Virus record (IMG/VR): IMGVR_UViG_3300021180_000040
Span: 1-31,138 of that record
Origin: a virus
Taxonomy: Duplodnaviria; Caudoviricetes
DNA length: 31,138 nucleotides
Strand: one strand, 5' to 3'
Positions 7,748 through 15,944 of the stretch are shown here, piece after piece; within the stretch, counting starts at the first letter, position 1, and every line of letters starts with the position of its first letter. The translations under genes and the position numbers were made by a program. The notes under the pieces are model-generated. The model was given only the letters and a program-made list of their open reading frames with translations. It made no database searches and had not been told where the DNA came from.

Positions 7748-8118
7748 ATATCAACTGGATTAACAAAATCTGGCCATGGTCGACAATTGTCGCGCTACGC
7801 GCCGAAGCAGACAAGTGGCACGCGATGGCAAAAGCCATGAACGAGCATCGCGCGTTTGCAGAGCGTCAGGAATGGTCCAATAAGTTCTACGCGTTCCTCA
7901 TGCATACGCTTGGCCGTGACCAAATGAGCAATTTAGCCAAAGAGTTCAACGCCATCGAGGAAAGCCTCTATGGGTTCGATGGATCATTGGGTAGGACCGA
8001 CAAGGATAAAGCGGTATTCCCAGCAAAAGGCACAGGCGAAGTTGACCCGAAGATTGTCGGACCTGTGGCCCAAGCATTTGTCAGGGCTGCGCAGAAGCGG
8101 CAGGAGGAAGACAAGTGA
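7744..8118 (+). CDS. Hypothetical protein with an IWPWS N-terminal motif
   Basis: ATGA-coupled; NWINKIWPWSTIVALR. Confidence 0.7.
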   Translation: MNINWINKIWPWSTIVALRAEADKWHAMAKAMNEHRAFAERQEWSNKFYAFLMHTLGRDQMSNLAKEFNAIEESLYGFDGSLGRTDKDKAVFPAKGTGEVDPKIVGPVAQAFVRAAQKRQEEDK

Positions 8119-9386
8119 TCCAGACCCCGATGCTAATGCTTTCCGATGCGATCTCAAGCACGACTGGGCTTGCTCGGATATTTCGCGACATCGCTGTTCG
8201 CGCCCATGCCGAGCTGCCTCAATATCGAATCGGCACATACGGAGTCGGTGGCCCGATATCCACTTCGTCGAAGTATCCTTTCCCCAACTACACCATCCAG
8301 CATCTTGATCGAATGATCCCGCTGGACCTGCCCCAGGTATGGGAAGATTTCGCCGGACGAGTGGGAGACGGCAGGCAGGAAGATTCGCTTGACGCGTTGC
8401 CGGGCACTGTGCGCAAGGGCATTCTTTTCACCTGCTGGAATCCAAGTTGGGTGTTGTGGCTATCCAAGCCCGAAATCCTCCCCGAAGGCCACCCGATCCG
8501 CACGTTCCTCGAAAGCAACCCATTCGAGAAGTGGCTCTACTGTCCGGTGGACGGCAACTGCTCGGACGGCACCCTAGGCTTTCAGGGGGCCGATGCGCTC
8601 TCCGGATTCGACCGCGTGCTGGCGTATACGTGCTACGGGGCTGACGTGATCGAGAAGACGATGCTGCACTGGGGCGGAGTTGATTTGGAGATTCCGCATC
8701 TGCCGCACGGCCTCGACACGTCCGTCTTCTACCCTCGCGACCGCAAGTTAGCGCGGCAAACGATGATCTCGCGGCTGACCAATGGAGCGAAGTCGGGGCT
8801 GATCCACGATGAGCAGGTGCTCTTGTCTGTGGTCGCCACGAACTCATTCCGCAAAGACTGGGGCCTGGCCTTCGAGACCTGCGCGCAGTTGATCCGGCGC
8901 GGCCATGACGTGCTGCTGTGGGGTCACACGGACGGCCTGCAGCCTCGCATGGGCACTTCGCTCTACTGGGACATTCTCGCGTTGATCCGGCAGTACGGCA
9001 TGGACAAGCGCGTGATGATCACCATGGATCGTATCTCGGATGAGGATATGGCGTGGGGGCTGTCGGCGTGCGATGCTGCGCTTGGTATTGGGTCAGAAGG
9101 CTGGGGTTATCCTCTGAGCGAAGCCTTGGGTTGCGGCCTTCCGGTCGTTCACATGACTTATGCTGGTGGCGCCGACTTCACGCCGGAATGGTTACAGGTT
9201 GAGCCGGTCGGGTATCGGCAGGAGCCTGGATGGTGTATACATCGCCCGACGTTCAAGCCTTCTGATTGGGCCGATAAGGTCGAGTTGGCCTTGACGCCGG
9301 AAGGTAAGGCAGGCGCCACGCTGCCCGGCTACATCGACTGGAATAATGCATGGCCAGACTGGGCCGATTGGCTCTCTGGGTCATAG
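8115..9386 (+). CDS. GT-B fold glycosyltransferase (GT4-like)
   Basis: TGLARI N-terminus, LPHGLDTSVFYP, NSFRKD and SEGWGYPLSEALGCGLPVV (E-x7-E motif). Confidence 0.88.
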   Translation: MIQTPMLMLSDAISSTTGLARIFRDIAVRAHAELPQYRIGTYGVGGPISTSSKYPFPNYTIQHLDRMIPLDLPQVWEDFAGRVGDGRQEDSLDALPGTVRKGILFTCWNPSWVLWLSKPEILPEGHPIRTFLESNPFEKWLYCPVDGNCSDGTLGFQGADALSGFDRVLAYTCYGADVIEKTMLHWGGVDLEIPHLPHGLDTSVFYPRDRKLARQTMISRLTNGAKSGLIHDEQVLLSVVATNSFRKDWGLAFETCAQLIRRGHDVLLWGHTDGLQPRMGTSLYWDILALIRQYGMDKRVMITMDRISDEDMAWGLSACDAALGIGSEGWGYPLSEALGCGLPVVHMTYAGGADFTPEWLQVEPVGYRQEPGWCIHRPTFKPSDWADKVELALTPEGKAGATLPGYIDWNNAWPDWADWLSGS

Positions 9387-9390
9387 CAAG

Positions 9391-9490
9391 CTTGCCGTTG
9401 CCGCTCACAGTCTAGGCTCGCAGGACGAGCGAACATCCTTAGCATCTACGGGGAATCTGAGGCAGGACTGGCTGGGGCGGCAGCGGTGGG
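9391..9490 (+). ncRNA. Candidate structured RNA (three-way junction)
   Basis: 9391-9406 pairs with 9475-9490; CAGTCT/GGACTG; inner hairpins GCTCG-CAGGA-CGAGC and CCTTAG..CTGAGG. G-U pairs favour the + strand. Confidence 0.45.
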
Positions 9491-9527
9491 GTAAAGAAAG
9501 GGACTACTAAAGAAGTGGGGTGTGGCC

Positions 9528-9755
9528 ATGGCCGGAAAACACGGTATCGTAAGAACATTTCTGATACGCGCGTGCGGATGGATGGCGCGAGTGGCGGGTT
9601 TGCAGAAGCATTGGAGATTCAGCGAGCACGACCATCAGTACATCAGAGACATGTCATTTTGGGTTGCTCTATCTGCGATGCTGCACTATCGAGGCATGAC
9701 CTTTGATGAGGCGATATTGTTCGTGGACCCACAATCCGAGCCATCTGAACCATGA
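9528..9755 (+). CDS. Hypothetical protein
   Basis: ORF with ATGA overlap to the next gene. Confidence 0.55.
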   Translation: MAGKHGIVRTFLIRACGWMARVAGLQKHWRFSEHDHQYIRDMSFWVALSAMLHYRGMTFDEAILFVDPQSEPSEP

Positions 9756-10159
9756 GCGCACAGGACGAAGTTGAACGACTATTGAAGGCGCATGGCGCGG
9801 TTCTGGTGCGCTCTAAGAACCACCTGATTTACAAGTTCTCCGACGGCAAGATTTTCACAGTTCCGGCAACGCCGTCGGACTATCGGGCCTGGGCGAATGC
9901 GCTGCACACCTTGCGGGACTTGCTGGGCGTCAAGCGCGAAGTAAAGAAGAACCCGAAGCGGAAGTGCAAGAAGGGTGTTGGCAAGCCGCTTTACAGGGCC
10001 GAGCCTCCGGTGGTCCGAAGAAAGAACCCGCTGGAAGGATTTGAGTTTCCGGCGTTTCGGAGGTACAAGGAGTGCGCGCCGATGGCAGTTGAGCGGGTGC
10101 CGATGACGCCGGTTTGGTGCTGGATGCGCAGGTTGATTGGGCATGGAGGGAAGTTATGA
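9752..10159 (+). CDS. HicA-like (dsRBD-fold) domain protein with a basic C-terminal extension
   Basis: VERLLKAHGAVLVRSKNHLIYKFSDGKIFTVPATPSD resembles the HicA pattern, including the conserved His. Confidence 0.6.
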   Translation: MSAQDEVERLLKAHGAVLVRSKNHLIYKFSDGKIFTVPATPSDYRAWANALHTLRDLLGVKREVKKNPKRKCKKGVGKPLYRAEPPVVRRKNPLEGFEFPAFRRYKECAPMAVERVPMTPVWCWMRRLIGHGGKL

Positions 10160-10890
10160 GTGAAAAGAAGATCGTAGCCCCAGAAGGGATGCTGAAGGTG
10201 TTCCATCATGCGGAAAACCACCATGGGAATAAGTGGGATGATCAAGTTCTAGACAAGATGCTCGAAGCCGCTCTGCGATGGCTGTCGGAGAATCCGATTT
10301 TGCCGAGCGAGTTACATATAGCGGAGATGTGCGGAAATCTACATGCGAGAGGCGTGGGATTAAGCAATGCGTCTCTATATCGGGAACTTCCTATCGAATG
10401 GCAGCGCCGCATGTTCCTCGCTTCAGGATCTGAAGCGCCGGAGGCAGTCCAACGTGCGGATGTTCGACAGTTGGCGGGAAGCAATGATGGAGGCTTTGAA
10501 ATGGGAGAGCGAAGGATAAAAGTGCCGGATGGGATGTTGAAGGCGGTTAGTGAGAATTGGCCTATTCGCTGCATGGAAGATAAGGCGCATGTTATGGCCA
10601 CTCTCGAAGCCGCCCTGCGCTGGCTGTCGGAGAATCCGATTTTACCCTCACCCCCTCAACGCATCAATATGTCACGGGAATTTGTAACCGACAAGGCATG
10701 GGTGCTATGCGAAGCATGGCAGCGCCGCATGTTCATCGCGCCAGAACCGGAAGTTCCAGAAGCGGTCAAAGACTTGCTGGCCCCGCCGGGGATACATACC
10801 AATTTCACCGTTCCAAACGACATCCATGATGTGCAGATTATCGAAGCCTACCGCCGTGGGCAGCATTCCAAGGAGAATGCCAATGGCTGA
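10156..10890 (+). CDS. Hypothetical protein made of two tandem homologous domains
   Basis: GGAGG RBS before ATG 10156; PxGMLK, LEAALRWLSENPILPS, WQRRMF and PEAV each occur twice. Confidence 0.75.
   Translation: MSEKKIVAPEGMLKVFHHAENHHGNKWDDQVLDKMLEAALRWLSENPILPSELHIAEMCGNLHARGVGLSNASLYRELPIEWQRRMFLASGSEAPEAVQRADVRQLAGSNDGGFEMGERRIKVPDGMLKAVSENWPIRCMEDKAHVMATLEAALRWLSENPILPSPPQRINMSREFVTDKAWVLCEAWQRRMFIAPEPEVPEAVKDLLAPPGIHTNFTVPNDIHDVQIIEAYRRGQHSKENANG
10261..10643 (+). repeat. Intragenic direct repeat (10261-10301 vs 10603-10643)
   Basis: 39 of 41 nt identical; a second 19-nt exact repeat lies at 10398-10416 and 10716-10734. Confidence 0.85.
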
Positions 10891-11023
10891 CACTGTTCCC
10901 ACTCTCCATAGTCCACACGGCACTGCGATAGTGCCCCAACTCCGCAAGGGCACATCCGCCCCAAAGAAGCCGTCCGTCCTCGGAATCGGCCTACTACGCA
11001 ACGAGAAAGCAGCCCAGAAATGA
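10883..11023 (+). CDS. Small basic hypothetical protein
   Basis: AAGGAG RBS; overlaps both neighbours. Confidence 0.5.
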   Translation: MADTVPTLHSPHGTAIVPQLRKGTSAPKKPSVLGIGLLRNEKAAQK

Positions 11024-11607
11024 TCCATGACATTCGCCCATACAAGCTATTCTGCCTACTCGGGACAGAGAACCATGCGCACCTCGTCATCCCTTCCGTT
11101 CCGGGCCGCGAGTCGCTGACAATATTTTCGCTTGAGACGCTGGTCCTGATTTCGGCGGCAAGAGTCGTTGAGGCCAAGACGATCCTCGAAGTCGGCACAT
11201 CCTGCGGGTGGACGTCGATGCATCTGGCGATGAATACCGAGGCTTTCGTGTTCACACTGGACATCGAAGACAAGCCCAAGGCATACGCTGGCGAGCCGTG
11301 CGAGACTCGCATTTCGCAACTCCTCACGACAGCCCCGAAGTTCGCCAATGCTCGCGCCGGTTGCCGACTAGACATGGTTTTCATCGACGGCGACCACTCC
11401 TACGAAGGCATCAAGGCGGACACGGAAGCGGCATTGCGGCTCAATCCCAAAGTCGTCGCATGGCACGACTACAGCAATGCGGACTTTCCCGGCGTGGCGA
11501 AGTATCTGGTCGAGTTCGAGCAGGGGCGCAGAGTCTTCCACATCGAGGACTCATGGATATGCCTCTGGTTCGCCGATGACGCGGTATCTCGGAGCTTGCT
11601 GGCATGA
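11020..11607 (+). CDS. Class I SAM-dependent methyltransferase (Methyltransf_24-like)
   Basis: ILEVGTSCGWTS (motif I), FTLDI, DMVFIDGDHSYEG..D and WHDY. Confidence 0.9.
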   Translation: MIHDIRPYKLFCLLGTENHAHLVIPSVPGRESLTIFSLETLVLISAARVVEAKTILEVGTSCGWTSMHLAMNTEAFVFTLDIEDKPKAYAGEPCETRISQLLTTAPKFANARAGCRLDMVFIDGDHSYEGIKADTEAALRLNPKVVAWHDYSNADFPGVAKYLVEFEQGRRVFHIEDSWICLWFADDAVSRSLLA

Positions 11608-12341
11608 ACCCGATTCTGATGGTGGTCTACGACCGGACGCCGCGGCAAAGCCAACTGAGCCGGGCTGCGTTCGAATCGGCGATCGCCCAGGATATCCCGG
11701 TCGAGATACGCATCCTAAACAACGGGTCGACGTGTCCCGATACGCTGCAATGGCTGGCGGGCGAGACGCGCGCCCTTATCTTCAACAGGGCTGAGAACCA
11801 ATCGCCACTGAAACTCGCCAACCATCACGGCGAATCGCTGATCGACAAGCATGGATACTTCCTCGGCATCCCGAACGATGTTGTTCTTCCTCCGAATCTC
11901 TACCGCAAGATGCTGGAATGGCCGCAAGGCGTAGTCGCCGCGAGCATGGATGGGCAGAACCCGCCGATGGTCATGGAGGACGTTCACCGCATTCATGGCG
12001 ATGTTCACATGGCCGTCCCTCTGATTCGCGGCTGGACGTGGAAGGCTTTAGTGGAAGCTCACGGCCATTTCTTCGATCCAGGATTCTTCAACTACGCTTC
12101 CGACTGCGACCTGAAGCTAAGGCTGATCGATGCGGGCATCCCCACGGCGCAGCTCGACATCCAGTGCTGGCATTATGGCGGGGCGAGCCATCGGCTCGCG
12201 CCAAACTGGGCTGAGGTTCACCGGCAGGCGGACAGGGACCGCGACTACTTTGCCAAGAAGTGGGGCTTCGCCATCGGCTCACCGGAGTATGATCGGCGCA
12301 TAGCGCGGATGTATGAATCGGAAAAGGAGACGTCATCATGA
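11604..12341 (+). CDS. GT-A fold glycosyltransferase (GT2-like)
   Basis: ESAIAQD, ILNNGST, PNDVVL, FDPGFFNYASDCDL..R, WHYGGAS and YFAKKWG. Confidence 0.85.
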   Translation: MNPILMVVYDRTPRQSQLSRAAFESAIAQDIPVEIRILNNGSTCPDTLQWLAGETRALIFNRAENQSPLKLANHHGESLIDKHGYFLGIPNDVVLPPNLYRKMLEWPQGVVAASMDGQNPPMVMEDVHRIHGDVHMAVPLIRGWTWKALVEAHGHFFDPGFFNYASDCDLKLRLIDAGIPTAQLDIQCWHYGGASHRLAPNWAEVHRQADRDRDYFAKKWGFAIGSPEYDRRIARMYESEKETSS

Positions 12342-12655
12342 GCGAAGAATCCCAAAGAATCGACCCGGCAGGCTACTGCACCCATGCCCACGTAGAGCGA
12401 ATACTCGACGTCACCAATGAATACCTAAACATATGGAAATGTACCCTATGCCGTGAACGGTTCTACAGCCTAGACTTCAGCAATCACGTCGCCATTGAGG
12501 TCATGGAGCCCCAAGCGAACCTCCGCGACCAGTTCGCAATGGCGGCGCTCCAAGCATCTCCGGACTGGATGAAAGACAGGATTGAAACATACTCAGAGAT
12601 GGCAAGGCGATGCTATTTGATGGCTAACGCCATGATGGAGGCGCGAAAGCAATGA
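12338..12655 (+). CDS. Phage protein with an LRDxFAxxA...YxxADAM-type C-terminal motif
   Basis: LRDQFAMAALQ...ARRCYLMANAMMEAR; N-terminal CxH...CxxC. Confidence 0.7.
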   Translation: MSEESQRIDPAGYCTHAHVERILDVTNEYLNIWKCTLCRERFYSLDFSNHVAIEVMEPQANLRDQFAMAALQASPDWMKDRIETYSEMARRCYLMANAMMEARKQ

Positions 12656-12936
12656 GCATGTTAAGTATCGGCGGCACTATCTACTTAAAGGACGAAATTC
12701 CCTGTCCGTCCTGCGGCCAACTTAATCGCAACTGCATGAACGAAAAGAGCGCCTTCATCGTTACGATTTGCAGGAATGAAGAGTGCGAATATCGCAGCCA
12801 GCAAGTCATCATTGAAAAGGCTTCGTCGCAGATACTTTGGGCGAGCGGAATCCCGATAGATGGCAAGCCGACCTTTCCCGCGCTGGTATTCGCGGATGGG
12901 TCGGCGGCGTGGCCGAAAGTAAAGGTGATTGCATGA
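12652..12936 (+). CDS. Hypothetical Zn-finger-like protein
   Basis: CPSC...CRNEEC; ATGA overlaps. Confidence 0.6.
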   Translation: MSMLSIGGTIYLKDEIPCPSCGQLNRNCMNEKSAFIVTICRNEECEYRSQQVIIEKASSQILWASGIPIDGKPTFPALVFADGSAAWPKVKVIA

Positions 12937-13619
12937 ACGATCTAGCCCTAATCGCAATCGGCTTTCTCCTCGGGCTCGTGCTTGCCGTGGTCGCCGTCCT
13001 CGCCTTTGCCCTTTGGCGCGAAGCATCGATGCAGCGCACCGAGTCAAAGAACTACGCCACGCTCATCCTCGACCATTTCAAGGCCAGCCGGAATGCGCTC
13101 GATATGTTCCGGCGTGAGAATACGATGCAGATCGAGAAGCTGCGCAGCGAAGTCGCTCTGGCCCTCTCCCGAATGGACGCCGAACGCCTGCATGACGCTT
13201 CGCTCGCGATTCAGCGGTCCTCGAAGCAGATGAGCGCGGCGGTAGCGACCCTGACCAAGGCGATCTACGCGCAACCAGCCATCGACACCGGCCCGGAAAC
13301 CTTCGGCATTGAGGATGAAGCGGCGGACGATGCCCGGATGTTGGCCGAACAGAACCGATGGGCCGCGCAACCAGATCCATTCGCCGGGCTGACGGAAGAG
13401 GAAAAGAATGCTCGCGTTCAGCAGTATTTCCAGAATCGGCAGCGCAACGGGATCAGCCATTTTGGTTCGGCACCTCCGGCGGCCGGCGCTGGCGCGTATG
13501 CTTCCTTGCTCGAAGAGGCGCAGCAGGTGGCCCCACCAATGAAGCCGATGGCGGATTTCGATGATATGGCGGCTGAGGATGGCTTAGACTTGAGCGGTAA
13601 AGGGGAGTTGGGGGAATGA
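12933..13619 (+). CDS. Membrane-anchored coiled-coil protein
   Basis: N-terminal TM helix LALIAIGFLLGLVLAVVAVLAFALW; ATGA overlap at 12933. Confidence 0.7.
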   Translation: MNDLALIAIGFLLGLVLAVVAVLAFALWREASMQRTESKNYATLILDHFKASRNALDMFRRENTMQIEKLRSEVALALSRMDAERLHDASLAIQRSSKQMSAAVATLTKAIYAQPAIDTGPETFGIEDEAADDARMLAEQNRWAAQPDPFAGLTEEEKNARVQQYFQNRQRNGISHFGSAPPAAGAGAYASLLEEAQQVAPPMKPMADFDDMAAEDGLDLSGKGELGE

Positions 13620-13864
13620 GCGTCGCCAAGCCGACCATCCCGGAAATTGAGCCGTTCGTGCGCGATCTATATCGCCGCAGTTGCGTGGGATGTTGTCTGC
13701 ACATTGTTCTAGATGATGGGAATATCGAAGATGGGAATGTGAAATTCTGCGTCGAATATGCCCGCGAAATGGGACATGCGGAGTGCGAAAAGCTCGCCTC
13801 GATGATGCTCCTGATGTCGAAGACCCAGAGAAAGAAGTTGGGAGCGAGAGCATATGCCTCCTAA
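13616..13864 (+). CDS. Conserved phage hypothetical protein (LHIVLDDGN motif)
   Basis: GCCLHIVLDDGNIED; ATGA overlap. Confidence 0.7.
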   Translation: MSVAKPTIPEIEPFVRDLYRRSCVGCCLHIVLDDGNIEDGNVKFCVEYAREMGHAECEKLASMMLLMSKTQRKKLGARAYAS

Positions 13865-14534
13865 AGCCCAACGCGCGCGCCACACCGCCGAACCCGGCGC
13901 CGCCGACCGTCGCCGATACCATGCTTTCAAGTCGGGCATGATCGTCGCGGACATCGCAGCACAGGAGGGCGTCAAGGAATCGACCGTCGAAGAATCCATC
14001 CGCAAGGTCCGCGCCGACAATCAGCGATATTCGGGTGAGGAAACGGCGATTCAGGTCCGCAAGATTCTGCTTCAGCATCTGCCCCAAGTGAGTGAGGCGC
14101 TGTCCAGAGGGATGACGGCGACTAAGTTGGTGACGCGGCAAGTCGTGGCGCTAGACTCGCTGACCGGGAATGCAGTCCAGTTGCAGGAATCGATTCGCGA
14201 GGCGGACCACGATACCCAACTCAAGGCCGTGAACGAGTGGCGCGGGGTGGCTGTGGCCGTCCAGCCGCGAGAGCCCTTGGTGAGCATCGATCAGCGCAGC
14301 CAGACGAACATCATGAACACCGCTACGCCGGTTACGCCGAACAGCCTGACGTCTCCGGAGGCGGTGATTCGTGCGATCCGGGCGCAGAGAGGTTTGGCGC
14401 TGGCGGATGGGGTACAGGCGGCGACTATCGATGCAGTGGTGGCCCATGCGACGGATGCCGAAGATGCAGAGGGGGATGAGGATGGCGATGAACTAGACGA
14501 AGACGAGGATTCTGAAGATGAGGACGGCGAATAG
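13854..14534 (+). CDS. Probable terminase small subunit
   Basis: N-terminal HTH (GMIVADIAAQEGVKESTVEESI), helical core and acidic tail; lies upstream of TerL. Assignment rests on synteny. Confidence 0.55.
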   Translation: MPPKAQRARHTAEPGAADRRRYHAFKSGMIVADIAAQEGVKESTVEESIRKVRADNQRYSGEETAIQVRKILLQHLPQVSEALSRGMTATKLVTRQVVALDSLTGNAVQLQESIREADHDTQLKAVNEWRGVAVAVQPREPLVSIDQRSQTNIMNTATPVTPNSLTSPEAVIRAIRAQRGLALADGVQAATIDAVVAHATDAEDAEGDEDGDELDEDEDSEDEDGE

Positions 14535-14743
14535 TGGATCATGAGCAGATAGACAGCATCGTAGACCTCGCCGCGACGGTGGCAGCCAAGGCCGATGATA
14601 TCGAAGAGGTTTTCGTTATTTACACTCTCAAGAGCACTGGCCGGGGTTACTCGCTAGACAATGGTTTGACTGTGGCGCAGGCGAACTTCCTCGTAGACAA
14701 GTTCAAGTTCTGGCTGTTCTCGTGCATGGCGAAAGAGGGCTGA
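14534..14743 (+). CDS. Hypothetical protein
   Basis: TAGTG coupling to the upstream gene. Confidence 0.6.
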   Translation: MDHEQIDSIVDLAATVAAKADDIEEVFVIYTLKSTGRGYSLDNGLTVAQANFLVDKFKFWLFSCMAKEG

Positions 14744-14747
14744 GGCG

Positions 14748-14939
14748 ATGGGCAAGCCGATCCCGCAACTCAACCTGCGCTGCGAGTGGTGCAAGCGCCT
14801 GTTCGCGTGGCAGCCGCACAGCCCCGGCCAGGCGAGAAGGCTGAAGGCGACCTGCTCGGACCAATGCGCGGGTAGACTAACTTCATGGAAGTACGAAAAG
14901 GAGATTGGCGATGGCATGGGGAGCATTCGAAGAGCGTAA
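14748..14939 (+). CDS. Small Zn-finger protein
   Basis: CEWC...TCSDQC. Confidence 0.6.
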   Translation: MGKPIPQLNLRCEWCKRLFAWQPHSPGQARRLKATCSDQCAGRLTSWKYEKEIGDGMGSIRRA

Positions 14940-15219
14940 CGACGAGAGCGGAGCATTTATCGCCTACCACGTAGTCCCGATGGTGCGCTTCGATTCCGGA
15001 GCGGAACCCGAGATGTCCGGAGCGCATACGCTTTCTGCCGACTGCCCGTGCCATCCATTTCTGGAGTACGGCGGCGATCCCGACTTCCCGCTGGATGCGC
15101 GCTCGGAGGATGGAACGGTCATGCGGTGGCGGATATGGCAGCACCACGATGCCGACCATCCGGGGGCGATGAGCGAGGATGAGTGGCGAGAGAAGGCTGT
15201 AAAAAGCATTACGGTATGA
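14911..15219 (+). CDS. Hypothetical His/Cys-motif protein
   Basis: AAGGAG RBS; HVVP...HTLSADCPCHP...QHHD. Confidence 0.65.
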   Translation: MAWGAFEERNDESGAFIAYHVVPMVRFDSGAEPEMSGAHTLSADCPCHPFLEYGGDPDFPLDARSEDGTVMRWRIWQHHDADHPGAMSEDEWREKAVKSITV

Positions 15220-15287
15220 GGATATAATTGGGGTGTCGGATGGTGGCACACCCGGCGATAATCTGACCATACGAGAGGTTGACTCGC

Positions 15288-15935
15288 ATGACACCCCGCA
15301 AGCCGATAGTAACACGCATTATTGATGGCCGATGGATCGCTCCTATGACGGGACGCGACATAACCCCGATACCAACTGACGATGGAAAGTGCTTCCTGAT
15401 CCCTCTGACGCGTGGGTATTTTGCGAAGATTGATGCGGAAGACCTTCCTAAGATAGGAACGAAGGCGTGGACTGTTGTTGTACCAAAAAAGAGCAAAAGA
15501 GTTTACGCGTATCAACGTGGACGTTCATGCATGGATACGGTCCTGATGCATCGCTTAATCATGGACGCTGGACCAGATCAAGAAGTGGATCACGTCAAAC
15601 GGAACGAGACGCTGAACAACACGCGAAGAAACCTACGCTTCGCAACTCGCTCCCAACAGAACTACAATACAAAAGTCAGAAACAGCTCAGTGAGTAAACT
15701 TAAAGGGGTTAGATTTCGCCCCGCGGCTTATACTGCGTATTTGCACCACGAAGGCAAGAAATACACCTTTGGAAGCTTTTCAGATCCGATTCCAGCGGCT
15801 AGGGCGAGGGATATTGGTGCCATCCAACTGCACGGAGAATTCGCCTCACTAAATTTCCCAAGAGAGGACTACGGCGATGTGCCGCCATATAGCAAGATTG
15901 ACCACAGAAAAGGCCCCAGAAATAAGAAGGAGTAA
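15288..15935 (+). CDS. HNH endonuclease with a C-terminal AP2 DNA-binding domain
   Basis: IPLTRGYFAKIDAED, MHRLIM..EVDHV...LNNTRRNLR.AT..QQNYN, S.LKGV and AARARDIGAIQLHGEFASLNFP. Confidence 0.9.
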   Translation: MTPRKPIVTRIIDGRWIAPMTGRDITPIPTDDGKCFLIPLTRGYFAKIDAEDLPKIGTKAWTVVVPKKSKRVYAYQRGRSCMDTVLMHRLIMDAGPDQEVDHVKRNETLNNTRRNLRFATRSQQNYNTKVRNSSVSKLKGVRFRPAAYTAYLHHEGKKYTFGSFSDPIPAARARDIGAIQLHGEFASLNFPREDYGDVPPYSKIDHRKGPRNKKE

Positions 15936-15944
15936 AATAGCGGC

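Noticed and set aside
9391-9490. Hammerhead ribozyme
   Set aside because: It is a three-way junction, but the CUGANGA and GAAA core is absent on both strands.
14450-14531. GAN-rich repeat at the end of the probable terS
   Set aside because: It is explained by an Asp/Glu-rich protein tail.
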